NCBI GenBank assembly: GCA_003164215.1
Contig: PLSR01000017.1
Coordinates: 28,656 to 92,655, forward strand
DNA: 64,000 bases
Origin: Candidatus Kaiserbacteria bacterium
GTDB taxonomy: Bacteria > Patescibacteriota > Minisyncoccia > Phycocordibacterales > UBA2100
Direction of reading: 5' to 3'
The notes beneath the pieces are model-generated. The model was not told the origin of the DNA and searched no databases. It saw nothing but the letters and a program-made list of their open reading frames with translations. This document shows positions 39,066-49,062 of the stretch, piece by piece (within the stretch, counting starts at the first letter, position 1; each line of letters opens with the position of its first letter). A program made the translations under genes and the position numbers.

Positions 39066-40229
39066 ATGATTCCTGCTATGAGTTTTGAATTCCCGGGGCG
39101 CATGGAACGAACGCGAGACGAACCAGAGATCGAACGTGCGAAGCGCGTCGCGGCCTGGTATGGACATTTTCAACACATGATCCAGATCGCAGCGCTGGCC
39201 GCTGCGGTCCAAGCACCGGGGATCGCACATGCGGGAGAGATCGATCAGGCGAATATGGCCCAACATACCGATACTGCACCGTTGTTGCATGAGGCGCCAT
39301 CGACAGGCAAATATCAACTCGCGTCCGGTCAGTGGATTCATATCCCAATGGAAGCGGACGGATTCAATAGAGTGACCGTACTTACATCCCCCGATGGAGG
39401 GCCTGTCGTGCGGGCGGTCATCGTCTTTCAACAAAATCATCTTAATGGCCCCGAGAAGTTGCGCGGGCTATCGAACGAACAGAAGTTAGCGGAGCTTGGT
39501 GCGGTCGAACACAGCCATGAGACTGTCTCTGCGGCGCTTAAAAAGCTGGTGAAGGAGGGAAGTATTACGAGTGTGTGCGCAGAGGGAGTTATCGACAGTC
39601 CCGATGGCAATGGTGCCCATGGCGTCAATGAAATGATCGCAGACTTCTCTGATCCGGAGTCATTCAATACCGTCACTGCCCTTATGGCTGCGCCCTACCT
39701 ACCTTCGCTTCAAGGGGCGGCCACACGGTATAACACGATCATTGATCGGAAAGGTGGGCCCGACGCCGCCGGTATCACAGAGATCAGGACGAAGCTCGAT
39801 CCTATATTCAAAGATATGGGCGAACGATACCCGAAAATTCTCAGTTCAGCTGGTGAGCTAGCCGGGCAGGGTGAGATCGATCTCTGTGCGGGGGTAGATC
39901 AAAAGACCCATGATCGAGCTCACGCGTCGGACGTCCAAAAGATACTGGAGCGGCCACAGGAGCAGCGGACGGCAGCCGAGAAAGAACTGGTGAGGAAGGT
40001 GGCATTTCATGATTGGGAAAAATCGGCCCTCGAGCTCGCGCTCAAACAAAAGGGGCCCGCGGTAGGGATCGAGATCGGGGGAGGGCACGACTTCTATGAA
40101 GTAACAGCGGAGTGGAATAAAGAGCATCCATATGAGCAGATCGTAACGGTCGTAGCGAGTGCCTTTCAATTCGTCCCTCTGAAAAAAGATGGCGGCAAAC
40201 TTTTGACCACTGAAGAACTGACTGAATAG
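39066..40229 (+). CDS. hypothetical protein
   Basis: Long ORF. The listed start at 38964 is antisense to secG, so ATG at 39066 (MIPAMSFEF) is preferred. No recognisable domain. Confidence 0.45.
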   Translation: MIPAMSFEFPGRMERTRDEPEIERAKRVAAWYGHFQHMIQIAALAAAVQAPGIAHAGEIDQANMAQHTDTAPLLHEAPSTGKYQLASGQWIHIPMEADGFNRVTVLTSPDGGPVVRAVIVFQQNHLNGPEKLRGLSNEQKLAELGAVEHSHETVSAALKKLVKEGSITSVCAEGVIDSPDGNGAHGVNEMIADFSDPESFNTVTALMAAPYLPSLQGAATRYNTIIDRKGGPDAAGITEIRTKLDPIFKDMGERYPKILSSAGELAGQGEIDLCAGVDQKTHDRAHASDVQKILERPQEQRTAAEKELVRKVAFHDWEKSALELALKQKGPAVGIEIGGGHDFYEVTAEWNKEHPYEQIVTVVASAFQFVPLKKDGGKLLTTEELTE

Positions 40230-40334
40230 ATCTCGTTTTGCGGAACGTTCAAGGGCGGGCCTTGGATGCAACTCACGAAATATATAAAATGTTCAGCCGC
40301 GGGAGCCTCTGGCTCCCGCGGCGTTTCTCCTCGT

Positions 40335-40571
40335 TCAACGTCGGCGTCTCAATTTCCATACGAGACTGGTGACGGCCGTTGCGATGGCTATCCAGCCGAC
40401 GATAAGGACCTTTTGCGAATCGAGCCCATACGATTCAGATACCCGCGTCAGAAAAGTACCCGCTATTGCGGAAACAAGGGAGATAAAGAATACGAGGATC
40501 GCGGCGCGCATGGCTTGGAACTCCTCAAAGAACTGATTCCATATTGATACACTATATTTACAGTGTGTCAA
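40335..40571 (-). CDS. small membrane protein
   Basis: 78 aa with two TM helices and an RRRR tail. Confidence 0.35.
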   Translation of the reverse strand: MTHCKYSVSIWNQFFEEFQAMRAAILVFFISLVSAIAGTFLTRVSESYGLDSQKVLIVGWIAIATAVTSLVWKLRRRR

Positions 40572-40600
40572 GTTGAGTCTTACCGCCCAATCCTCTATAG
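40572..40600 (+). promoter_or_regulatory. sigma70-like promoter for groES-groEL: TTGAGT, 17-nt spacer, TATAGT
   Basis: TTGAGT at 40572..40577 and TATAGT at 40595..40600. No CIRCE inverted repeat was seen. Confidence 0.45.
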
Positions 40601-40663
40601 TGACCCCATCGCCACTCTGGTGGCATTCCAGTTATTAGTTTTTTAAAAGATACGAGCATCGTT

Positions 40664-41032
40664 ATGAAAAAGAAATCAAAAGTTTCTAAGAAGTCGAGCG
40701 CGCGAAAAGTGAGCCGCCCGTCACAGCCGAAGAGTTCTTTTAAAGTCCACCCATTGGCTGATCGTATCGTCGTGAAGCCCGAGGAGGCAATGGATGAACG
40801 ATCACCGTCCGGCATCATTATTCCTGACACCGCCCGCAAAGAGAAGCCGGAACGCGGTGTCGTCGTTGCGGTCGGCGAGGGTAAGCGCAACGAGCGTGGT
40901 GATGTATTGCCGATCCACGTTAAGGTTGGCGACACGGTCATGTTCTCCAAATATGGATTCGATGAGGTGAAGATCGATGATGTGGAGTATTACATTGTTT
41001 CGGAGACGAATATTCTGGCAATTATAAAGTAG
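40664..41032 (+). CDS. groES: co-chaperonin GroES with a Lys/Ser-rich N-terminal extension
   Basis: HPLADRIVVKP...GIIIPDTA...VVAVGEG...GDTVMFSKYG. Confidence 0.9.
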   Translation: MKKKSKVSKKSSARKVSRPSQPKSSFKVHPLADRIVVKPEEAMDERSPSGIIIPDTARKEKPERGVVVAVGEGKRNERGDVLPIHVKVGDTVMFSKYGFDEVKIDDVEYYIVSETNILAIIK

Positions 41033-41048
41033 TAGAAGATTAAACGAA

Positions 41049-41090
41049 CCAAGGTCAGAGCTTGGGATCCCTAAAGCTCTGAGCTTGGTG
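41049..41090. repeat. intergenic double-hairpin palindromic repeat, copy 4 (between groES and groEL, hairpins in swapped order)
   Basis: ccaaggtcagagcttgg plus ctaaagctctgagcttgg. Confidence 0.65.
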
Positions 41091-41101
41091 CAACACCTAA
41101 T

Positions 41102-42748
41102 ATGGCAAAACAAGTGATTTTTGATGCAGAAGTACGATCGGCCCTGAAGCGCGGCGTCGATATCGTCGCCAAGGCGGTCTCGGTCACCATCGGTCCGCGT
41201 GGCCGCAATGTCGCCCTCGACAAGTCGTGGGGAAGTCCGACCATCACCAACGACGGCGTTTCGATCGCGAAGGAAATAACGCTCGCCGACAAGTTCGAGA
41301 ACATGGGTGCTTCGATTGTGAAGGAGGTAGCGACCAAGACCAACGACAAGGCCGGCGACGGTACGACGACCGCCGTCATCCTCGCGCAGGCGATCATTCA
41401 CGAAGGTCTCAAGCGAACCGCCTTGGGCGCCAACAGTATGATGGTTCGCCGCGGTATCGAAGCCGCCGCCAAAGACACCGTCGAAGAATTGAAAAAGATG
41501 GCGAAGCCGGTCAAAGGTACGAGCGACATCAAGCAGGTCGCGACGATCGCGGCGGAGAGCGAGGAGCTCGGCGCCACGATCGCCGACATCGTTGAGAAAG
41601 TCGGTAAGGATGGCGTCGTCACCGTGGAGGAATCGCAATCGTTCGGCATCGAATCGGAATTCGTCGAAGGGATGGAATTCGACAAGGGTTATGTATCTGC
41701 CTACATGATCACCAATAGTGAACGCATGGAGGCCGAAGCGAAGGATGTCCCGATCCTCATCACCGACAAGAAGATCTCGACGGTCAAAGATATTCTGCCG
41801 CTTCTCGAAAAAGTCGCGCAGACCGGCAAGAAGGATCTCGTCATCATCGCTGATGATGTCGATAGCGAAGCGCTTGCCACGTTCGTCGTCAACAAATTGC
41901 GTGGCATCTTCAACGTGCTCGCGATCAAAGCGCCGGGCTACGGTGATCGCAAGAAGGAAATTCTCGCGGACATCGCGATCCTGGTCGGCGGCCAGGTGAT
42001 CTCCGAAGATCTCGGTCTCAAGCTCGAGAATACGGAGCTTGCGCAACTCGGACGTGCCGCACGCATCGTCGCGACGAAGGATTCGACCGTGATCGTCGGC
42101 GGTAAGGGGAAGAAAGATGATATCGGCAAACGCGCGGCATCTCTGCGGTCACAGCTCGAGAATACGACGTCGAAGTTCGACAAGGAAAAGCTTAACGAGC
42201 GCATCGCGAAACTTCTCGGCGGCGTCGCTGTCATCAAAGTCGGTGCTGCGACGGAGACCGAAATGAAATATCTCAAGGACAAGATCGAGGACGCGGTCAA
42301 TGCGACCAAAGCTGCGATCGCCGAAGGCATCGTGCCGGGCGGCGGAGCTGCGCTCGCGAAAGTCGCTCACAAACTCGCAAAAAAAGTCACCGTCGACGCA
42401 CACGATGAATTCTCTGTCGGCTATCGTGTACTTATATCCGCTCTCAGCGCGCCGCTCTTGCAGATCGCGCTGAATGCCGGTCGCGAAGACGGACAGGTGA
42501 TCTTGCGTGATATCACCGCAAAGGGCGGGGCGTTCGGTTATGACGCCTCTAAAGACACTGTCGAGCCGACGATCGTGGATATGTTCGAAGCGGGGATCAT
42601 CGATCCGGTGAAGGTCACGCGCTCGTGCATCGAGAACGCCGCGTCAGCCGCCGCAGTATTGCTCACAACCGAAGCAGCCGTCGCTGATATTCCTGAAGAA
42701 AAGAAAGCCCAGAATGGAGGTATGCCGGGGATGGGGGACATGGATTAA
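41102..42748 (+). CDS. groEL: chaperonin GroEL
   Basis: [26 protein letters not shown]...GPRGRNV...DGTTTA... with a C-terminal [10 protein letters not shown] tail. Confidence 0.95.
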   Translation: MAKQVIFDAEVRSALKRGVDIVAKAVSVTIGPRGRNVALDKSWGSPTITNDGVSIAKEITLADKFENMGASIVKEVATKTNDKAGDGTTTAVILAQAIIHEGLKRTALGANSMMVRRGIEAAAKDTVEELKKMAKPVKGTSDIKQVATIAAESEELGATIADIVEKVGKDGVVTVEESQSFGIESEFVEGMEFDKGYVSAYMITNSERMEAEAKDVPILITDKKISTVKDILPLLEKVAQTGKKDLVIIADDVDSEALATFVVNKLRGIFNVLAIKAPGYGDRKKEILADIAILVGGQVISEDLGLKLENTELAQLGRAARIVATKDSTVIVGGKGKKDDIGKRAASLRSQLENTTSKFDKEKLNERIAKLLGGVAVIKVGAATETEMKYLKDKIEDAVNATKAAIAEGIVPGGGAALAKVAHKLAKKVTVDAHDEFSVGYRVLISALSAPLLQIALNAGREDGQVILRDITAKGGAFGYDASKDTVEPTIVDMFEAGIIDPVKVTRSCIENAASAAAVLLTTEAAVADIPEEKKAQNGGMPGMGDMD

Positions 42749-42810
42749 AGTGGCGCTGCGTGAGACGATGCCCTTGAGGAACTTTAAAGTTCGAGGTAGT
42801 TTCAGCCACC

Positions 42811-42841
42811 ATCACCACTACTGTATGTCGTGGTGATTTTG
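42811..42841 (+). terminator. rho-independent terminator after groEL
   Basis: ATCACCAC / GTGGTGAT 8-bp stem followed by TTTT. Confidence 0.55.
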
Positions 42842-42849
42842 GTATGCGC

Positions 42850-43000
42850 TGCGCGAGGTTCCTCAAGGACACCCGTCCTACTCCGCTTATTTGGAGTTCT
42901 GTGGCGAGGTTCCGTAACCTATGGGTTTGTTCCGCCTAGTGGGTTTTGAGAGGGGAAGCGAGGTTCTCCAAAGGCGCAGGTTCCCTTCGCTTAGGCGACA
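42850..43000 (+). repeat. degenerate direct repeats of about 50 nt in the leader of the giant gene
   Basis: Core GCGAGGTTCC recurs: gcgcgaggttcctcaagg (42853), gcgaggttccgtaacc (42903), gcgaggttctccaaagg (42957), gcaggttcccttcgc (42977). Confidence 0.5.
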
Positions 43001-43060
43001 CGAGATATCCCAAAAGACCGCACTACTTCGCCTTGTAGCGTTCATTCCTCTGGTATCATT

Positions 43061-46000
43061 ATGCGTATCATGAACCGCAGACGTGGCGTTGCTTTCGGCT
43101 GTTGGGCATTAAGCACACTCATTTTCGTTGTCGGCTGTTTTCCAATTTTGGTTGAAGCACAATCCACGGATGTTGGCAGCTTATTGCCATCATGGCTGAT
43201 GGGGACTCCTCCCGCATCCACCGATACTGCCGATCTGCAATGTAGTAGTGATGGAGTCTACACCTGTGACTATCCAAAAATTGAGAATAATCAGCAGTGC
43301 CTTCGCGGCAAAACCTGCGCCGAGGTAAAAGACGGGTGTGTCATTTCCGGCGTGTGCGATAGGCCGAATCACTGCAACGACACGAGTGCCTGTGGCAAGG
43401 CGCCGGAGAAACCTACGGTACCGGTAATGCCGTCGCCTTCGAACTCCGGTATAACGGATACGCCGCAACAAAGTTCGGTCGGTTATCCCCAAAATCAGTC
43501 TTCAGACGTAACGCCGACGCCCGCACAGTCTGCAAGTGTCCCGACGTATGGATCATTAGATACGACGCAGTCCCAGACACAATCGCAACAATCATCGTTC
43601 AATCTATCTACCGACGGAAGTAACTATTCCGCGCCGACGGGGCAGGGTGTAAGTCCACTCACTGATGGCACACTCCAGGACGTATCGACAGTGCCGATAC
43701 CAGTCGATAGCAGAGTACCGCCCCTTTCAGGAGCGCAAGACACTGGAGGATCATCAGAAGGATCGAACGGTGTGTCAACTTTCCCGGTTGAAAATGGCCC
43801 GACGCCACAGCAGGCGGCACCTGCCTCGAGTTGCGGCTTCATCTGCTCCGCTGAGAATACCGTTTCATCGGCTTACAGTGCTGCTGCGAGTTGGATCTCG
43901 AACGAGATCTCTCCACCAGCGCCGACTGTTCCAAGCGATGCTTCGCTCAATAGCGCTCAGGCCCAGATCGATACTCCTCAATACTACGATCCGAACGCTG
44001 CAACCACCCCTGACGGCACACCTGCGATCACCGATGCGACCAAACAGGAGATGGTTCCGCTCATGCAAAACCAAGCAGACAGCATGACGAATGAGATGGT
44101 GCAGAACAATGCGCAGATACTAGCGCTGCAGGATCCGAACAATGGTATGGATCCGAATAGCGCGCAGAATGCAATCCAGGATCTCAATCAGCGGAACGCT
44201 TATTTGCAGGACCAACTCGATAAGGTGAATTCCGGCATCACCGCGCTCAATACGGGCGGACAGCTTTCGCCTGACGTACAACAGCTTGCGCAGACAGTGC
44301 AGGACGGCCAAGGTGCGCGCTCGGCGGTGCTTGACGCCGCTTCCGGCGGTCTTGCACAGGCGAGTGCATCCAATTTCGAAGCCGCAAAGCTCGCGATAAC
44401 TGATCCGAGTCTTTCGAATATTGCGTCCGCCGGAATGCACGCTTTCGAAAGCGGAGCTGACTACCTCGGTTCAGGAGTTGCGAGCCTTGTGAACACAACG
44501 TGTCAGGGAGTCGGCGTTTGCGGCCAATCGCCTGCTGAAGCAGTGGCCGCCTGGGCTGACCCGACTGCATCAAAAGTGAACACGATCGTGGCGGGAACAC
44601 AGCTGGCGGTCATGGCCGCACCATTTGCTGGCGAAGCAGTCGATGCGATCAGAGCTGCCGGAGCTGTCGACACCGGAGTAACCGCCTTTGTTTCGGACTC
44701 CGCAGTTGCGCGCACAATTGCTGATAGTGCAGGAGGTTGGACCGCATCTCTCGAAGCGCCAACGTTCGAAGCGGCCCAGACTACGGGGGGAGTGTACTCT
44801 ATTTCAGATTCTGCAGGTACCTTTGCGAATACAATTACTGACATACCGTCGGCGGCCGAACCACTTCCTGTGGGGGCATCTGCGGCACCGGCAGACGTCG
44901 CCCCAGCAGCAGCTCCCGTCGAAGAATTGTCAGCTGCCCAATTTTCAGATCAGATTGATCCGGCAATTACAGCTGAACTTGAACAAGCTAACGGTGCGGG
45001 TTCAGCACAGACGACGCAACCGGCACCGGAAGCCGCCCCGTCCGATGCGGCGGCTCCTACAGAAGCGGCGACACAAACCGCCCCTCCCATATCACCAACG
45101 TTTTCAGATGCGATGGATTACGTCTCGGCTCAAGCGCAGGCGCTCAAAGAAACCGTCACGGGCGGGATCAGCTCGATCGAGTCCGATATTAGCGACTACG
45201 TCAATTCACAGTTCGGAAATACAGAACCATCTGCGCTTACAGAGACGCCACTGCTCGCTCCCGTTTCAGAGGGGACCTCAAACGCGATGCAAAACGTCAT
45301 TGATCAAGCGGGGCAGCTCAAACTTTCTGCGACTATTCCTGCAGACGTGCCGGCAGGATCTGTGGCGCCCGAAGGAGCCGCACCTGCAGCTACGGAAGCA
45401 CCAGCACCAGCTGCACCCGAAGTATCGGCTCCTGCCGCCGACACTGAATCGTCGGCTGTACCCGCTGCTCCTGCCGCACAATCTACTCAAACCGTTTCAG
45501 ATGCGATCGCGACCGCCTACAATAATGTTCAGAACGACATAATCAACTTCAGCCAAGATATTGGCCAAAAATTGCAAGCATTCCAGTCCACGCTTTCCGA
45601 CGCATTCGGTTCGTCACCGGTTGAAACTGCACCTGGGGCGACAGTGCCATCAGCAGTAGAACCCGCTCCGGCCGCAGGTACCTCACCATCGACACCGGCT
45701 TTGGGTGACCTTTCAGGCGTCAGTGCGGGATCGAACATATCGCTGGAGACTGCGAACGATAATTATTTGATGAGTAGGGTAGTGGCGGGAGGGGTGGTCG
45801 GAGGCGCAGTCACGTTCGCGGCCATTGATTGGAGTTCCGTTTCTGTGCCTGCAACGTCGCCGGTACAGCCGGGTGATGTCGTCACCGAGATAGATCTTCA
45901 ACCACAAACTGAACCAACGCCCGCACCTACTCCTGCGGCAACCCCAGCCCCTGCTCCGACTCCTTCTCCAACTGTTATCGCAGTAGAGTCTGGGCCTGCT

Positions 46001-48991
46001 GCACCGGTGACACCAGTCGTAGCATCTGCGCTCCCAGCTCCATTGCCAACGCCTACTCCCGTCCCGACACCTTCGACCCTTGCCAATCCCGAAATGGTCG
46101 CATTCCTGAATAGTGATAGTCAGTACACTCCTCCGATCGAACCCATTACATCTGGCGAGAAGAATGTCATGACGGCATACCAAGCACCAATTGAGAACCC
46201 TGCATCTCCAGGTGCCGCACCATCGACGTCATACCCAAGTCCCCAAATGGTCTCATTCCTGACGAGCGAGAGTCAGTACACCCCTCCGATCGAACCCATT
46301 ACAGCAGGCGAGAAGAATGGCATGACGGCGTATCAGAATCCCATTGAGAGTGCTCCTGCCGCACCAAGTGGAGCGTCATCGGACCAAACTCAGGCCAAGA
46401 TCAACGCACCCGAGTACTATGGACCGCCGTATGTCCAACCTTCCGCGCCACCTACGCCCACACCAACCGCTATTGCATCGGCGGTTCCTCCGGAAGCGGA
46501 CATGTCGAACGGTTCCGCTCCAACTCCAACCTCCGCGTCGGCGGCATCTTCTCCAGCCCCAACACCCACACCGAGTGCTGCCGCTCCCGCAAGTACTCCT
46601 CCTGCGTCGACAGAAGGATCTACTCCAGCACCGACTCCTACACCTACTCAGACATCCGCCCCAACAGCTGCGCGGGCACCGGCGCCCACGGCGGGCACAA
46701 CGCCGACGCCAATACCGACGGCAACACCCGCATCTACACCTTCACCTGCGGCGACACCTGCTCCTGCAAAAACTCCTGTACCCAATCCGACACCCGCTCC
46801 AAAACCGGCTCCGACAAAATTTGCCCAGGCAATCCCGAACGAATCCGGGAAACCGTTTCAGACCGCCAGTGGTCAGGCGCTCGCCGACGCCACTGGTGTA
46901 GCCTGTGCGGCGATCGGCTGCGATGCGGCGCTCGTGCAAAAAGCACTCGCCGGTGTTTGTTCGACCGAGTCCGGCTGCAACGCACAAGTGCTGCATGTCG
47001 GTAACGGGTATCAGGGATTGTTCCAGGCCGATTCTGTCTCCACAGGGGCCGCGATGACCGCATTGAAGCAGATAGCACAATCACCGAAGCTCTCGACCGC
47101 TCAAAAGGCCCAGATCACGTCGGTCATCAATACGGCACAAGCCCAAATAAATGCGAAACAGGATCCAAATAAAGACTCTGTGCTTGGGGCGTGGATCGGC
47201 GTCGGCTATCAAACGGCCGCTGGTTCATTATCGAAGATCGGTACGGTCACCAACGACCCGGGACTTGCCGCGGCATACGGTATGCTCGCGCAGATCGCGC
47301 CCGATACGTTCTACAATTTCAGCCCTAATAAGCGGATAAGCACGATCAGCGTACTGCATTTACAAGGTAATAATTACTGGATCCCGTTCGGCGCTACGGC
47401 GGCGGATGCGGCACGAGTAATACTCGCAACGGTCGGACAAAAGATCACTACCGGCATAAACTGGAGCGGACAATTTTCTCCGAGCGTGTCATCGGCACCG
47501 AACCCGGCCGCTGCGCCTCCCGCTCCCGCCGCGACACCGCCCGTCACCCGATCTCTTTCAACTCCTCCCCCCGCGCCGACCAAAGTTGCTTCTGGCCCTG
47601 CTCCGGCCGCTTCTGCGCCCCCGAGTTCCGGTCCGTACACAAAAGATAACGTTACGATTGTCGGCGACAGCATCGGGCAGGGGACGTCAGGCTGTTCATC
47701 GGCGGTCGGCACGGCATGTGCCGGGACCACCTTCAAGGGAAATGCGGTGAGCGGTGCGGCGATGGGAGCAATGCTGAAGCAGATCAATGCGTTACCGAAT
47801 GGATCGAAGATCGCGGTCATTGCGGGAACGAATAATTACGGCGAAACGCCCGCTCAGATAGGGCAGGACGTTAAAGCACTGATCGATGCCGCTAACGCAA
47901 AAAATATTCAGATCGTCGCGTGGGCGGGGGCATCGTTAGATCCGAAAAATCCGACACTTGATGTGCAGTTCGCGGCTGCCGATACTGAGGTCAAGAACGC
48001 GCTGCCATCGAATATCCCCTTCGTCGATCTACGTTCGTCAAGTCTTGATCCCTATCGAGATGGCTATCATTACACTGCCGCAGGATATAAAGCGATCGGC
48101 GACATGATCATCGCTCAAGCGAATACCCCTGCATCTGACTCAGGTGTTGCGGTCGCATCGAGTGTTCGGCCAGCCGCTCCCGCTCCCACTCCGGCGGTGT
48201 CCGCTCCCGATGCGTCGTCCGCCCTTCAAGTACCACCACCGGCCGCAACACCGTCAAGCGCCATCGCGGAGGCCTCTTCGGCGTCGACTGCCGACTTTGC
48301 CGCAACAGAACGAGATGTTGCGAGCGCCAAGATACAACTTGGACAAACAAAACAGACGATAACCGCCGACAAATCCCAGCTCGCATCGCTCCAGACGCAG
48401 GAGGCTGCTACCGTGAAGAAAATAGCTGCGTATCAAAACACTGCGCAAGCAACAACCGATCTCTCGTCTGCAAAAGCGGGACTCGATGTATTGAACACTT
48501 TGGGAAGAAGCAAAACGGAGCCGACTGCTGCCGAACTGCCAATAATGACGAGGGCGGCGGCCGCGACCGTTCAGCTCGCGAAAGAGATCGGGGATCCCGC
48601 GCTTTCCGGTCAAATCAATGAGTATGTTACCGCTCTCGCGAACTTAAAAGCGGAACCGTCCTCCTTTACCAAGCTCACTGATCTTTGGGCTGCAGAATCG
48701 AAGGGGGCGGCGCTTGTCACGGCAATATCAACGGCCTTGGACAACACGAGTAAAAATCTTGCAGCGAGCGGGAGCCTCGCGAGTTTACAGACCACATCGG
48801 CGAAACTCGCGACGAACATCGCCAACCTCAATACGACGATCGCTTCGCTGCAGCAAACGGAAGTACAGCAGGTCGCAGAGGTCACGAATATGACCAATCT
48901 GTTGCATCAAAAAGAAGAACTTGCCGCCAGCGCTCCAACGTTGCCACACATATGGAAACCGCCGACAACTCCGTCTGCCACGACCCCGTAA
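43061..48991 (+). CDS. giant (1976-aa) secreted multidomain protein: Cys-rich N-terminal module, long Pro/Ala/Thr/Ser-rich region, lysozyme-like (SLT/VirB1-type) transglycosylase domain, SGNH/GDSL hydrolase domain, C-terminal coiled coil
   Basis: Signal peptide. Ten Cys at about aa 60-110. Internal ~40-aa duplication (PEMVAFLNSDSQYTPPIEPIT(S/A)GEKN...). CSTESGCNAQVLHVGNGYQGLFQ matches the ES...GLxQ transglycosylase core (nt ~46850-47450). SGNH blocks GDSIGQG, GAAMG, GTNN and DGYHY (nt ~47640-48110). Heptad-rich tail. All antisense ORFs inside are compositional artefacts. Confidence 0.85.
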   Translation: MRIMNRRRGVAFGCWALSTLIFVVGCFPILVEAQSTDVGSLLPSWLMGTPPASTDTADLQCSSDGVYTCDYPKIENNQQCLRGKTCAEVKDGCVISGVCDRPNHCNDTSACGKAPEKPTVPVMPSPSNSGITDTPQQSSVGYPQNQSSDVTPTPAQSASVPTYGSLDTTQSQTQSQQSSFNLSTDGSNYSAPTGQGVSPLTDGTLQDVSTVPIPVDSRVPPLSGAQDTGGSSEGSNGVSTFPVENGPTPQQAAPASSCGFICSAENTVSSAYSAAASWISNEISPPAPTVPSDASLNSAQAQIDTPQYYDPNAATTPDGTPAITDATKQEMVPLMQNQADSMTNEMVQNNAQILALQDPNNGMDPNSAQNAIQDLNQRNAYLQDQLDKVNSGITALNTGGQLSPDVQQLAQTVQDGQGARSAVLDAASGGLAQASASNFEAAKLAITDPSLSNIASAGMHAFESGADYLGSGVASLVNTTCQGVGVCGQSPAEAVAAWADPTASKVNTIVAGTQLAVMAAPFAGEAVDAIRAAGAVDTGVTAFVSDSAVARTIADSAGGWTASLEAPTFEAAQTTGGVYSISDSAGTFANTITDIPSAAEPLPVGASAAPADVAPAAAPVEELSAAQFSDQIDPAITAELEQANGAGSAQTTQPAPEAAPSDAAAPTEAATQTAPPISPTFSDAMDYVSAQAQALKETVTGGISSIESDISDYVNSQFGNTEPSALTETPLLAPVSEGTSNAMQNVIDQAGQLKLSATIPADVPAGSVAPEGAAPAATEAPAPAAPEVSAPAADTESSAVPAAPAAQSTQTVSDAIATAYNNVQNDIINFSQDIGQKLQAFQSTLSDAFGSSPVETAPGATVPSAVEPAPAAGTSPSTPALGDLSGVSAGSNISLETANDNYLMSRVVAGGVVGGAVTFAAIDWSSVSVPATSPVQPGDVVTEIDLQPQTEPTPAPTPAATPAPAPTPSPTVIAVESGPAAPVTPVVASALPAPLPTPTPVPTPSTLANPEMVAFLNSDSQYTPPIEPITSGEKNVMTAYQAPIENPASPGAAPSTSYPSPQMVSFLTSESQYTPPIEPITAGEKNGMTAYQNPIESAPAAPSGASSDQTQAKINAPEYYGPPYVQPSAPPTPTPTAIASAVPPEADMSNGSAPTPTSASAASSPAPTPTPSAAAPASTPPASTEGSTPAPTPTPTQTSAPTAARAPAPTAGTTPTPIPTATPASTPSPAATPAPAKTPVPNPTPAPKPAPTKFAQAIPNESGKPFQTASGQALADATGVACAAIGCDAALVQKALAGVCSTESGCNAQVLHVGNGYQGLFQADSVSTGAAMTALKQIAQSPKLSTAQKAQITSVINTAQAQINAKQDPNKDSVLGAWIGVGYQTAAGSLSKIGTVTNDPGLAAAYGMLAQIAPDTFYNFSPNKRISTISVLHLQGNNYWIPFGATAADAARVILATVGQKITTGINWSGQFSPSVSSAPNPAAAPPAPAATPPVTRSLSTPPPAPTKVASGPAPAASAPPSSGPYTKDNVTIVGDSIGQGTSGCSSAVGTACAGTTFKGNAVSGAAMGAMLKQINALPNGSKIAVIAGTNNYGETPAQIGQDVKALIDAANAKNIQIVAWAGASLDPKNPTLDVQFAAADTEVKNALPSNIPFVDLRSSSLDPYRDGYHYTAAGYKAIGDMIIAQANTPASDSGVAVASSVRPAAPAPTPAVSAPDASSALQVPPPAATPSSAIAEASSASTADFAATERDVASAKIQLGQTKQTITADKSQLASLQTQEAATVKKIAAYQNTAQATTDLSSAKAGLDVLNTLGRSKTEPTAAELPIMTRAAAATVQLAKEIGDPALSGQINEYVTALANLKAEPSSFTKLTDLWAAESKGAALVTAISTALDNTSKNLAASGSLASLQTTSAKLATNIANLNTTIASLQQTEVQQVAEVTNMTNLLHQKEELAASAPTLPHIWKPPTTPSATTP

Positions 48992-49048
48992 GTGTCTCCA
49001 ACGCCTCCTAAGATCGCGCCCATAGCTAGCGGACAATGAAGCGAATGG

Positions 49049-49054
49049 TATAAT
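49049..49054 (+). promoter_or_regulatory. extended -10 element (TGgTATAAT) for lemA
   Basis: aTGgTATAAT lies 8 nt upstream of the LemA ATG. Confidence 0.35.
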
Positions 49055-49062
49055 TTCGGCAT

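Noticed and set aside
40572-40663. CIRCE (HrcA operator) upstream of groES
   Set aside because: No TTAGCACTC-N9-GAGTGCTAA inverted repeat is present. Only an unrelated GCCAC-tctg-GTGGC palindrome and a sigma70-like promoter were seen.
43190-48613. Numerous 60-285-aa ORFs on both strands inside the giant gene (e.g. 44688..45542 +, 46344..46901 +, 47374..47820 -)
   Set aside because: They are Pro/Arg/His-rich low-complexity translations of alternative frames of a Pro/Ala/Thr-coding region. The single 1976-aa frame has a signal peptide and recognisable catalytic domains.
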